Assembly (NCBI RefSeq): GCF_036365525.1 | Contig: NC_090412.1 | Span: forward strand, 6,924,123 to 6,988,122 | Origin: Heterodontus francisci | Lineage: Eukaryota | Length of the DNA stretch: 64,000 bases | Reading direction: 5' to 3' | In this document: positions 21,597 through 33,630 of the stretch, one piece after another | Layout: every line of letters starts with the position of its first letter | How positions within the stretch are numbered: the first letter of the stretch is position 1 | Program-made: the position numbers and the translations under genes | The notes under the pieces: generated by a model | The model's database searches: none | Told to the model about the DNA's origin: nothing | Seen by the model: only the letters and a program-made list of their open reading frames with translations

Positions 21597-23945
21597 ACTC
21601 GAGACAAAATTACGCCACTCTGGACTGAACTAGTTTGCAGCTGTCTGCATTTTTTTTGTTTTTTTTTTAAAAAAGGACATACAATTGTTGACAAGATCAC
21701 AATGCCAACTAGGAGAGGTTCCGATTTGCTGCATTTTTAAGTATAATTTTGAGCTGAGCGTTTGTACCTAGATTAAAATCGGAATTCCTTTTCCAAGTGT
21801 AATCTTTTTACAGCTCCTGTATAAACATTGGCTGAGAATTCTCAATTGAGTTAGGCTGTGCAACAGTCCCAGAAATGTATTCATTTTTTTTTTGTGTCCC
21901 TTGAGATGTTCGGAACTCCTTGAAGCTGTTCAGGTACGTCAGTCCCTCTGGGCCCTGTCACGCTAGGCAGTGTGGATGGAGTAGTACAGCAGCTGACTGG
22001 CCACCCCTCAAAGCATTTTAGCTAAATTAAGTGGTAGTCTAAATAGTATTTGAGTGAGAAAAATATTTTCATCTGTCTTTGTCTGCACTGACATAGTTTG
22101 TGTCCGGAGCCATTCTTCATAAGTTTAGAATAGTCTGTGGCTGAAATTGAACATTCTATGTGGTTTTGGGGTATGCAAATGTGGCCAACTTAACAGTGCC
22201 CATTCTGGTTCATGTAGTTCCCATGAGATGAGGCTGCAAGAACTGAAAGTCCTCTCGGCTACCAGTTTACCCTAAGTGGGATGTGCTGTTTACATACATG
22301 ATAACGTTTGAAGAAACATTAGTGGCATCTGGATTGGTTACAATCCTGTCGATGATTTATAAATGTACATATAATTTGGTTAATTATTTTGAGAATCAGT
22401 TCCCCTATGGTAGTGGAATCAGTGTAACAAACAGGTTGGATTTTGGAATCGAGGTGGATCTTTGCTGAGCTTTTAATAAGAACCAGGATATTTCATCCCC
22501 TCCTGAAATCTGCACGCCAGTTTTTTTTTTTTAGGTAAATAACTGCAAAATCAGAAAATACAATTTTTTTTTGAGTTGTAGAGATTTAACTTTATAATGG
22601 AGTGATGGCTCGGTTGACAAGATTTCTTTTTGCATTTGGTGTAGGAGAACTTTGGGAGTGGGAAAATAAGCGAAGCAAGTCACAAGTGGATTGCGTGTAA
22701 AGCGGAGTCGCTGTTTAAACATTTTTAGGGAGTACTTTCAAATAATTTAAGACAAGCTAGATGGTATGGTTAACACCATAAACTTCTGATAGAACTTACT
22801 CACTTCTGAGGGACTCATTGACATTTGGGCAAATTGCACAATTTCATGCACACTTTTTAAATTGTAAAGCTTTTCTAAAATATGAACTAATTTGTACTGT
22901 TGGTGCTTTTAATGTGATTGTAGGGACAATGTGACATTATGCAGACTGCATAATGCGGGGAACTGTTTTACATTTACATTTTAACAGCTTACACGTGTTA
23001 ACGGGATCTAACAGTGGGTGTGGATGGAGCAGGGAACTTTGAAATTCTGTGCTTTGAGGTAGGATATGCTTATGAAGTGAAATTGGGCAGCATTATCATT
23101 TGATGTGGACAGTGAATAAACAGCCTTTCTCCCTGGGAAATTGTAGGGAATGAGCAGTGGCCAGTCAACACTATATTACTATTTTTTTTTTTTGCTTCTA
23201 AAGGCTTTTGTCTATTGCTCAGAATGGTGGTATTCTTTCACAGTTGAAAGAATGGAGGCATTCTGTGTAGCAATTTTATTTTATGCCAGAATTAGAAAAT
23301 CAGATTGCACCACCTTCCACCCCAGGAGTAAATGGCTTTCTTGGAAACACCAAACTAGCTGTTCTCCGTTAGGCCCTTTGTGGCAAAACTAGACAAAGAC
23401 ACAATATTCCTGGAATGGGAATACAGTAGAAGCCAATTAATGGGAATGTTATCTTTTGTTTACTTCCATCCAGCCTCGTACACTTTATAAATAATTGTTT
23501 GCTCAATGTGAGAGTGGATAAAGAAAATGTTTTACTTGTCCCAAGAGGAGACACCTACAGTAATCCATTCATAGGGCAATTATCACTGGCACAGTCCATG
23601 GACCTGCCTGTCTCCTAAGTATGAATGCAAAACTTGACATTTTCTTTCCCTTCTCCCAAAACTTTCGGGTCTAACACAACAGGTTATTATTGTACCTGCA
23701 GTATTACTCAGTTATTGCAGTTCTACATGTTTGTAGTCATTGTTCTCCACTGTTTGAGAGGGTATTGGTGACCGCTTAAGCCCCTTGCCAATCTAAAGCC
23801 GTCACCGACTCATTCTTGGAAAAATATAGTTCTTACCCTCGCTCTGTTCATTCTCTATGTGGTAGAAAGATAACCTGCAACATGTATAAATGTATTATAA
23901 ATCATTGCTTTATTTGAAATAAACATAATTATATATCTTCGTGAA
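21597..23945 (+). other. SAR1A: SAR1A 3' UTR with candidate polyadenylation signals
   Basis: About 2.3 kb AT-rich stretch with no recognisable TEs; AATAAA at 23115-23120 and 23918-23923, the latter followed by U/GU-rich sequence and then resumption of TEs. Confidence 0.6.
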
Positions 23946-24664
23946 TCGAGTTTCCATTGTCTTGACTGGTATCTTGAATGAGTAGAATACATTGGGTCTT
24001 AAAAAGACTTTCATCAATATAGCACTTTTACCCATCGCTGAATCTCATTGCTTCACCTTAAGCTAATTACTAACCAATAGTGACTTGACACACAGCAGCC
24101 AAACTCTCAGGCAGCAGTGAGATGGATGCACAGTTAAGATTGATTTGGGGTGGTAATCGTTGAGAGGAATGTTGGCCAGCTCAGTGAAAGAACTTCCTAC
24201 TTCTTTGTGAAGTAGGACTTTTAATGTCCACTGCAACAGATTGGACCCTGAGAGAGGTACCTTTTACTGTGCAGCACAGCAGTCCCTGAGTGCTGGAACT
24301 CAGACTGGAATCTACTGACTCAAGTCTGTGTTCCTGCAGGTTATGAATCTCTAAAGTTGCAGGTGAAACATACAAATGTTATTTAAATCCCTCTTCCTGC
24401 TATTCTGTCTGTAACAAATGTACTGTTCTGCAGTAACCCCCAGAATGTTCTTCCCTGGACGGAAAAGTACCTTTTCTATCTTCTTGCCAACTTTTGTTAT
24501 GTTGGCAGTGGCTATATTTTATAAACGCTGCCCAGTTTGACTCTGTAAGTTCCACCTCTAGTATATAAGCACATCATCTACCTTGGCAGTTTTCACTGCT
24601 GATATTTTTGTAAAAAGGAAAAATTTAATGAGCAGGCTAGATTGATGGTCTTCTGGCCCTACTA

Positions 24665-24842
24665 AATTGATTCCTGGAATGAAAGGGTTTGCGGTGAGGA
24701 GAGTGAGTAGAATGGGCCTATATTGTATGGAGTTTAGAAGAATGAGAGGTAATCTCACTGAAATGTATAAACGTCTTAGAGGGCTTGACAGGGTAGATGC
24801 TGAGAGGCTTTCACCTGGCCAGAGATGAAAACTAGGAGTCAT
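24665..24842 (+). mobile_element. Old CR1 3' fragment, part 1 (continues 27109-27178 and 28649-28845)
   Basis: Collinear with the uninterrupted relative at 41810-42270 once the RTE and young CR1 are removed. Confidence 0.75.
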
Positions 24843-26153
24843 CTTCTCTTCTTTGGCCCCCTTGTCTCGAGAGACAATGGGTAAGCGCCTGGAGCTGGTC
24901 AGTGGTTTGTGGAGCAGCGCCTGGAGTGGCTATAAAGGCCAATTCTAGAGTGACAGACTCTTCCACAGGCGCTGCAGATATAATTGATAGGGCTGTTACA
25001 CAGTTGGCTCTCTCCTTGCGCTTCTGTCTTTTTTCCTGCCAACTGCTAAGTCTCTTCAACTCGCCACACTTTAGCCCCGCCTTTATGGCTGCCCACCATC
25101 TCTGGCGATCACTGGCAACTGACTCCCACAACTTGTGGTCAATGTCACAGGACTTCATGTTGCATTTGCAGATGTCTTTAAAGCGGAGACATGGACGGCC
25201 AGTGAGTCTGATACCAGTGACTAGCTCGCTGTACAATGTGTCTTTGGGGATCCTGCCATCTTCCATGCGGCTCACGTGGCCAAGCCATCTCAAGCGCCGC
25301 TGGCTCAGTAGGGTTTATATGCTGGGGATGTTGGTCACCTTGAGGACTTCTGCGTTGGAGATATGGTCCTACCACCTGATGCCAAGGATTCTCCAGAGGC
25401 AATGAAGATGGAATGAATTGAGGCGTTGTTCTTGGTTGACATACATTATCCAGGCCTCGCTGCCGTAAAACAAAGTACTGAGGACACAGGCTTGAAACAC
25501 TTGGACTTTTGTGTTTCGTGTCAGTGCGCCATTTTCCTACACCCTCTTGGCCAGTCTGGACATAGCAGCGGACGCCTTTCCCATGCGCTTGTTGATTTCT
25601 GCATCGAGAGACAGGTTACTGGTGATAGTTGAGCCTAGGTAGGTGAACTCTTGAACCACTTCCAGAGCGTGGTTGCCCCGATATTGATGGATGGAGCATT
25701 TCTGATGTCCTGTCCCACGATGATTTGTTTTCTTGAGGCTGATGTTAGGCCAAATTCGTAGCAGGCAGCCACAATCCTGTCGATAAGTCTCTGCAGTCTC
25801 TGTGTGGGATGTTAATGCAGCATCGTCAGCAAAGAGGAGTTCCTTGATGAGGACTTTCCGTACTTTGGTCTTCGCTCTAAGACGGGCAAGGTTGAACAAC
25901 CTGCCACCTGATCTTGTGTGGAGGAAAATTCTTCCTTCTGAAGACTTGAACACAGTTGAGAGCAGCAGGGAGAAGAAGATTCCCAAACAGTGTAGGTGCG
26001 AGAACACAGCCCTGTTTCACGCCACTCAGGATAGGAAAGGGGTCTGATAAGACACCGCTATGCTGAATTGTGCCTTTCATATTGTCATGGAATGAGGTGA
26101 TGATATGAGTAGCTTTGGTGGACATCCGATCTTTGCTAGTAGTCTGAAGAGAC
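24843..26153 (-). mobile_element. RTE-clade (BovB-like) LINE, 3' segment (RT C-terminal half, 3' UTR, tail)
   Basis: GVKQGCVLAPTLF, ELLFADDAAL, EFTYLGSTI, RWLGHVSRMEDGRIPKD.LY; frameshifted. Confidence 0.9.
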
Positions 26154-27099
26154 GAAGTGGACCCACATCAGAGATGCTGTCTATGACTCAGCAATGACCA
26201 CCATTGGCAAACATGAGAAGCAGAATGCAGACTGGTTTCAATCTCACTTTGAAGAGCTGGACCCTGTCATAGCCGCTAAGCGCACTGCATTGTTGAACTA
26301 CAAGAAAGCCCCAGTGAGTTAACATCTGTAGCACTTAAAGTAGCCAGAAGCGAGAACAGCCAGGCGCTGTGCAAATGACTACTAACAACACTTATGCAGT
26401 CGTGTTCAGCTGGCCTCCGACACCGGAAACATCAGAGGAATGTATGATGGCATTAAGAGAGCTTTTGGGCCAACCATCAAGATCGCCCCCCCTCAAGTAT
26501 AAATCAGCGGAAACGATCACTGACCAGCGTAAGCAAATGGACCACTGGGTGGAGCACTACCTAGAACTGTACTCTAGGGAAAATGTTGTCACTGATACCA
26601 CCCTCAACGCAGCCCAGTCTCTGCCAGTCATGAATGAGCTGGACGAACAGCCAACAAAATCGGAACTCAGTGATGCCATTGATTCTCTAGCCGGTGGAAA
26701 AGCCCCTGCAAAGGACAGCATTACCCCTGAAATAATCAAGAGTGCCAAGCCTGCTATACTCTCAGCACTACATGTACTGCTGTGGGAGCAGTACCACAGG
26801 ACATGCGCGATGCCAATATCATCACCCTCTATAAGAACAAGGGTGACCGCGGTGACTGCAACAACTACCGTGGAATCTCCCTGCTCAGCATAGTGGGGAA
26901 AGTCTTCGCTCGAGTCATTTTAAACAGGCTCCAGAAGCTGGCTGAGCGCGTCTACCCTGAGGCACAGTGTGGCTTTCGAGCAGAGAGATCCACCATTGAC
27001 ATGCTGTTCTCCCTTCGCCAGCTACAGGAGAAATGCCGTGAACAACAGATGCCCCTCTACGTTGCTTTCATAGATCTCACCAAAACCTTTAACCTCGTC
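26149..27099 (+). mobile_element. RTE-clade LINE, inverted 5' segment of the same insertion
   Basis: VPQDMRDANIITLYKNKGDRGDCNNYRGISLLSIVGKVFAR...PEAQCGFR...LYVAFIDLTKTFNLV; ends at TSD AGGAGTCAT (27100-27108). Confidence 0.9.
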
Positions 27100-27178
27100 A
27101 GGAGTCATAGTCTCAGGATACGGGGTTAACCATTTAGGACTGAGATGAGGAGAAATTTCTTCCATGTGAATCTTTGGA

Positions 27179-28648
27179 GCCGTTGTTGTTGATCTTTATG
27201 TCGTCATTGTCGACAGGAGTAGTGCCGGAAGACTGGAGGATAGCAAATGTTGTCCCCTTGTTCAAGAAGGGGAGTAGAGACAGCCCTGGTAATTATAGAC
27301 CTGTGAGCCTTACTTCGGTTGTGGGTAAAATGTTGGAAAAGGTTATAAGAGATAGGATTTATAATCATCTTGAAAAGAATAAGTTCATTTGCGATAGTCA
27401 GCACGGTTTTGTGAAAGGTAGGTCGTGCCTCACAAACCTTATTGAGTTTTTCGAGAAGGTGACCAAACAGGTGGATGAGGGTAAAGCCATGGATGTGGTG
27501 TATATGGATTTCAGTAAGGCGTTTGATAAGGTTCCCCACGGTAGGCTATTGCAGAAAATACGGAAGTATGGGGTTGAAGGTGATTTAGAGCTTTGGATCA
27601 GAAATTGGCTAGCTGAAAGAAGACAGAGGGTGGTGGTTGATGGCAAATGTTCATCCTGGAGTTTAGTTACTAGTGGTGTATCGCAAGGTTCTGTTTTGGG
27701 GCCACTTCTGTTTGTCATTTTTATAAATGACCTGGATGAGGGTGTAGAAGGGTGGGTTAGTAAATTTGCGGATGACACGAAGGTCGGTGGAGTTGTGGAT
27801 AGTGTCGAAGGGTGTTGTAGGGTACAGAGGGACATAGATAGGCTGCAGAGCTGGGCTGAGAGATGGCAAATGGAGTTTAATGCGGAGAAGTGTGAGGTGA
27901 TTCACTTTGGAAGGAGTAACAGCAATGCAGAGTACTGGGCTAATGGGAAGATTCTTGGTAGTGTAGATGAGCAGAGAGATCTTGGTGTCCAGGTACATAA
28001 ATCCCTGAAAGTTGCTACCCAGGTTAATAGGGCTGTTAAGAAGGCATATGGTGTGTTAGCTTTTATTAGTAGGGGGATCGAGTTTCGGAGCCACGAGGTC
28101 ATGATGCAGCTGTACAAAACTCTGGTGAGGCCGCACCTTGAGTATTGCGTGCAGTTCTGGTCACTGCATTATAGGAAGGATGTGGAAGCTTTGGAAAGGG
28201 TGCAGAGGAGATTTACTAGGATGTTGCCTGGTATGGAGGGAAGGTCTTACATGGAAAGGCTGAGGGACTTGGGGTTGTTTTCGTTAGAGAGAAGGAGGAG
28301 GAGAGGTGACTTAATAGAGACATACAAGATAATCAGAGGGTTAGATAGGGTGGATAGTGAGAGTCTTTTTCCTCGTATGATGATGGCAAACACGAGGGGA
28401 CATAGCTTTAAGTTGAGGGGTGAAAGATATAGGACAGATGTCAGAGGTAGTTTCTTTACGCAGAGAGTAGTAGGGGCGTGGAACGCCCTGCCTGCAACAG
28501 TAGTAGACTCGCCAACTTTAAGGGCATTTAACTGGTCATTGGATAGACATATGGATGAAAATGGAATAGTGTAGGTCAGATGGTTTCACAGGTCGGCGCA
28601 ACATCAAGGGCCGAAGGGCCTGTACTGCACTGTAATGTTCTAATTCTA
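27179..28648 (+). mobile_element. Young 5'-truncated CR1 LINE with uninterrupted RT domain
   Basis: Open frame 27174-28574 (466 aa): NYRPVSLTS, QHGF, DFSKAFDKVPH, QGSVLGP, FADD; 3' UTR and (TTCTAA)n tail. Confidence 0.95.
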
Positions 28649-29116
28649 ATTCTCTACCATAGATGGCTGTGGATGCTCAGTCGAGCATATTCAGGACTGA
28701 TAGATTTTTGAACATTCGGGGAATTAAGGGATTTGGCAATAGGGTGTGGAGTAGCTGTAGATGATCAGTCATGATCTTACTGAATGGTGGAGTAGGCTCG
28801 AGGAGCTTTATGGGCACCGCCTGCTCCTATTTCTTATGTTCTTATGTGCTAGTATGTAACTTTAAGAGAGGCCCACACACATTGAAAATGAGTGGGTTGG
28901 AGGTTTCCCACAGAAACGGAGCTATGTTGCAGAGTACTTGCAACCACGAGTGAATAGTTCTATTAGTAGCATCCTTCTGACTCTGCTTTCAGCCTTGCCA
29001 CTGAGGCAGCAAGTTGTGGGTTTAAGCTCCAATGTAATGACTTGAGTACATGGTCTAGACTGATAGCTTAACACATTACTGCAAGATTGTTGCATTGTTT
29101 GAGCTGCTCCATGGAT

Positions 29117-29415
29117 TAAAAGCTGCTCGGGTCTGCAAATGAAACCCGACTTGAGCCCAAAAAAACCACATCCCGACCCAATCCGACCACCGGAATATAA
29201 TGAGCTTTATCGAAGAGGTTATGCTCTACCTTGGAATCGCTCACTGCAGACTAGTGGGGAGTGTTTCCCGCCTTGATGTCCTGGCTGTCACTGTGTCCCA
29301 CCCGGCCCAACCTGACCCGAGCTCGAATCCCGGACCGGAAGAAAGACCAGACCCGAACTGAACCCGACACACGTCGACGGATCCCGTTGGGTTCGGGTCG
29401 GGTAGCCATGCTCTA
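29117..29415. mobile_element. hAT-like MITE related to 18969-19271
   Basis: Shared ends CTGCTCGGGTCTGCAAATGA...CCCGAC and GGGTTCGGGTCGGGTAGC; imperfect TIRs; flanks CCATGGAT/CCGCGGGT may be a decayed 8-bp TSD. Confidence 0.7.
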
Positions 29416-29449
29416 CCGCGGGTGGTCAAATGCCCCAGGTGGAGATGTC

Positions 29450-29660
29450 CAGGTCAAAATTTATCAACAAACACCCCCAAAACAGATTATCTGGTGATTT
29501 ATCATATTGCTGTTTGTGGGATCTTGCTGTGCACACATTAGCTGCTATGTTTCCTACATTACAACAGTGCCGTGCTTCAAAAAGCACTTCATCAGTTGTG
29601 ACACCCTTTAGGATGTCCAAAGGCTGTGAAAAGCAGTATATAACCACAAGTTCTTTCTGT
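29450..29660 (+). mobile_element. SacSINE1/DeuSINE-like 3' part
   Basis: AACAGATTATCTGGTGATTTATCATATTGCTGTTTGTGGGATCTTGCTGTGC. Confidence 0.65.
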
Positions 29661-30849
29661 AGCATTTGTTTAAAGTTATCTTTGCAAATGACAAACCAAC
29701 CCCACCGCCCCCCCCCCCCCCTGCTATTTCCTGAAGGTGGAAATGGTGGAAACATGCTAAAGATGCAAGGCACAGCTAAAACTGGTTGTTGTGGGAGAGG
29801 GACTCTCTCAGTTCTGGTGGGCTACCACAAATAAAGTGCTTTCATTCGAATGGGGATTGAACAAGTCAAATTCCATTTTGCACATGGACGTTCAAGGGTG
29901 TTACCAGTGTTTTGGGAATCATTCTCTGGAATCCTGTCCATTTTTCTGTTTTAAAAAAAAACCCAGAGCCCTGGGCTTCTCTTCACAATCCCATCCATAT
30001 TTCACTCCAAATTTTGGTTACCAACTCTGGTTGAATGTATTCCTGGAGGTTTATCACATGACCTTATGTCCCACCCCCACATTCCTGTCATTGGTTGTCC
30101 AGCATGTCTATCATGGTGACCTGTCTTGCCACGCCAAATTGGCTAGCTAACAGACTCTGCATGACTTGATTGGATGATTCTTGACTGTCAATCAAACAAC
30201 CATTCTTCCCGTCTGCGATATTCTTACAATTAGAATCTGTTCAAAGAAAATGGAAAATAAAATTGAAATGATCCTATTTTCTCCAGGGTGTTGCTCCCAG
30301 CTGTGTCCTGGCGATTAATCTCAACTCCTGGGGAATCCAGGACAATGCTGCAGGATTTGGAATCCTGCTCCAAATGTCTAAATTCAGTTCATGTTCCCCC
30401 TCTGCCCGAGTTTGTTACATTTGGTGCTGCACTCCCTTGTTTCACAAAGCCTGGATGCAGTGCTTGCTGCAAAATATACCATTAAGCTAGGCAATGGGTT
30501 CATGTACATTAAAAAATCAAGTGGGTTATTCAAAATTATTATTGAATGCATTGAAGAGGGAGCTAGAGAACACTTGAGGGAGAAAGGAATTGAAGGTTGG
30601 ATGGAAGAGGCTTAAACATCAGCGTTGGATTGAATGACCTGTTTCTGTGCTGCAGACTCGATCTAAATCTGAAACTGAGTTTGAAAAGACTGGAAAATAA
30701 TTTAAAGCACTGCTGCTCTTGACCCCAGTTGCTGCCATGTGATGTTAAATGCATTGCTTCCGGGTTAGCAATCAGGGTTTTTTGCAATGGTCCACAACGG
30801 TTCCTTGGGATTGTGCTGTGCTATAAATGCAGAGTGATCGCTGCTGCCC

Positions 30850-32069
30850 ATGATTTCCCCGGAGAGCTGCAGTTGTATTGTCTCTGCAGAGCTGCGGAGC
30901 TGCAGCGGCGGGGGCCAAGTTGCAAGAGAGGAGACGCAGTCCGGGATCCCAGCGCTGTCTCTCGCTCCTGATACTCAATGGGACGAAGCGTGGAGCTGCA
31001 GCGGGCTGCTGCTGGATGGCAAGCGGGGACTCGTTCTCTGCCACGGCCAAATCTTCTTCCCTTTCCTCCAGCAGCGAGAGCAGGATCTGCGCCGCAAGCC
31101 ATTCCTGCTGCCTGGGGCTTTCCACAAGGATCTACAGATCCATGTCCAGTTCCCTGCAGCCAACCTTAGGACCAAACCCAATCCTCCTCTGCCTTTAGCT
31201 CCCAACCATGCAGGAGCACTGGATGCTGAAGCAGAACCCCTCAATTCTGACTCGAATCCAAAGTTGCCTTCAGTAGCTCCTGGTCTGGTCAAGCTCCAGA
31301 GCTACAGCCAAGCTGAGATGCTGTTGGTCTTCCCCTGCCCAGAATTTCAAGCTATCTTCCAAACTTTATTCAACAAGTCAGACAAATGGCATTTCTACAG
31401 CGAGGACAAGGAACAGGAGCTGCGGTCTGAGCTGTTGGACTTGGTGTGGTTCGGCTTGCTCCGATGCCCGGGTTGGGCTGATGATGCCCTGGGAGGAGAA
31501 AATCTGCAATACGCGAGGAGTGAGTGTTTGAGGAAAGGACAGCCCCTGTTCAGTTGTGCTTCACCCTTTGCCTCTTTCTGCTCCGAGATCTTCATGAACA
31601 CACTCAGTAAAGGAATCGTGAGTAATCTGGCTGGGGAGCGGAACGCAATGATTTTGACAGATGCACGCTGCCTGCCAGGGACTGAAGGAGGTGGCATTTA
31701 TGTCAAGTCTCAAGATCTGTACTATTTAGTTGGTTTAATCGTGGCACCCCTTTGCTGGAAAGCCAATGAGTGGGTTGGACTGACATTGGTGTGTTCTGTG
31801 ACCTGCATATTTGAGACCGTTAGAAGGATTTTGGATGGATTTGACAAAAGCTGCAAGAAGGTGTCATTTTGCTCAGTATCTGGTCACCTGCCCCTGACTA
31901 ACCCAGGGAGGCACAGTTTAACTCGGCTGCTTACTGCAGTAGCTCTGCTGGAATGTGATAGAGTGTGGGGATCAGGGGTGATCGTTAGTCCCAGACTGAT
32001 TCTTACATGTCGACACGTGTTAGACCAAGCTTCAGCTGTCAGAGTGAAAATACAGTCTGACTCAAACAG
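30850..32069 (+). CDS. TYSND1: Peroxisomal leader peptide-processing protease TYSND1, coding exon 1 (copy 1)
   Basis: WSCSGLLLD..GLVLCHG.IF.PFL, IFMNTLSKGIVSN, LTDARCLPGTEGG, WGSGV...LTCRHV (catalytic His); donor AACAG|GTGGGA, 1220 nt, phase 2. Confidence 0.95.
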
Positions 32070-32499
32070 GTGGGAGTCTTCTATACATGTGGAATTATGG
32101 CTTTGGCACGGTGTGTTAGAACTCTTGTTACGCCTGAGCATGTAAGACAGCCTTGTACCCTATTCCAGCAATGTGTACATCATCCGAGCTCAGCAGGGTA
32201 GCATTCTCACTCTGAGTCAGGTTGTGCGTTCAAGCCCCTGTTTATGGCTTGAGCATATCAGAGTTCATTTTAAGAGTCCACACATTTGGAAAGGACCCTC
32301 AGCAATGGGGAGTACGCGTCCGAATCTGGGTGTGTGCAGCCCATAAATTCCAACCAGTAATCAGAAAATTAAGGGCAGTATGTGCTTGCATTTTTTATTG
32401 TGGGCTGTTTTTCTACAAAACAACAGTCATTATACTTCAAAGTAATTCATGAAGCACTTTGGGACAGTTCTAAAATACATGATTATTGTTATATACTTA

Positions 32500-32766
32500 C
32501 AACAATTACTTGTATTTATGTAGCGCCTTTAACATAGTAAAACGTCATAAATATAACAACACCAAGCCACATAAGGAACGACAGCTGACCAAAAGTTTTG
32601 CCAAAGAGGTAGGTTTTAAACAACATCTTAAAGGAGGAGAGGGGGGGCAGGGAGGCGGAGAGGTTTAAGGAGGGAATTCCAGACCTTAGGGCCCAGGTAG
32701 CTGAAAGCATGACTGCCAGTGGTGGAGCAGTTAAAATTGAGAATGCGCAAGAGGCCAGATTTGAAG
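32500..32766 (-). mobile_element. L2 LINE 3' end (continues about 33815-33950)
   Basis: Reverse complement of the L2 tail seen at 20325-20560. Confidence 0.6.
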
Positions 32767-33630
32767 TTTTTATTCATTCATGGGATGTGGGCGTCACTGG
32801 CTAGGCCAGCATTTATTGCCCATCCCTAATTGCCCTTGAGAAGGTGGTAGTGAGCTGCCTTCTTGAACCGCTGCAGTCCATGTAGGGTAGGTACACCCAC
32901 AGTGCTGTTAGGAAGGGAGTTCCAGGATTTTGACCCAGCGACAGTGAAGGAACGGCGATATAGTTCCTAGTCAGGATGATGTGTGACTTGGATGGAAACT
33001 TGCAGGTGGTGGTGTTCCCATGCATTTGCTGCCTTTGTCCTTCTAGTTGGTAGAGGTCACGGGTTTGGAAGGTGCTGTCTAAGGAGCCTTGGTACGTTGC
33101 TGCAGTGCATCTTGTAGATGGTACACACTGCTGCCAGTGTGCGTCGGTGGTGGAGGGAGTGAATATTTGTCGATGGGGTGACAATCAAGTGGGCTGATTT
33201 GTCCTGGATGGTATCGAGCTTCTTAAGTGTTGTTGGAACTGCACCCAATCCAGGCAAGTGGAGAGTATTCCATCACACTCCTGACTTGTGCCTTGTAGAT
33301 GGTGGACAGGCTTTGAGGAGTCAGGCGGTGAGTTACTCGCCACAGGGTTCCTAGCCTCTGACCTGCTCTTGTACCCAAGGTATTTATATGTCTACTCTAG
33401 TTCATTTCTGATCAATGGCAGCCCCCAGGATGTTGATAGTGGGGGATTCAGCAATGATAATACCATTGAATGTCAAGGGAAGATGGTTAGATTCTCTCTT
33501 GTTGGAGACGGTCATTGCCTGGCACTTGTGTGGCGCGAATGTTACTTGCCACTTATCAGCCCAAGCCTGGATATTGTTCAGGTCTTGCTGCATTTCTACA
33601 CGGACTGCTTCAGTATCTGAGGAGTCGTGC
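32767..33630 (-). mobile_element. CR1-clade LINE 3' part nested in L2
   Basis: MQQDLNNIQAWADKWQVTFAPHKCQAM (post-RT region) and the family 3' UTR. Confidence 0.8.

Noticed and set aside
30772-32141. Antisense and alternative-frame ORFs over TYSND1 exon 1
   Set aside because: Shadow ORFs of a GC-rich coding exon with no independent evidence
32070-32145. TYSND1 ORF extension RWESSIHVELWLWHGVLELLLRLSM (also 55350-55425)
   Set aside because: Read-through into intron 1; the donor at 32070 gives the correct phase with exon 2
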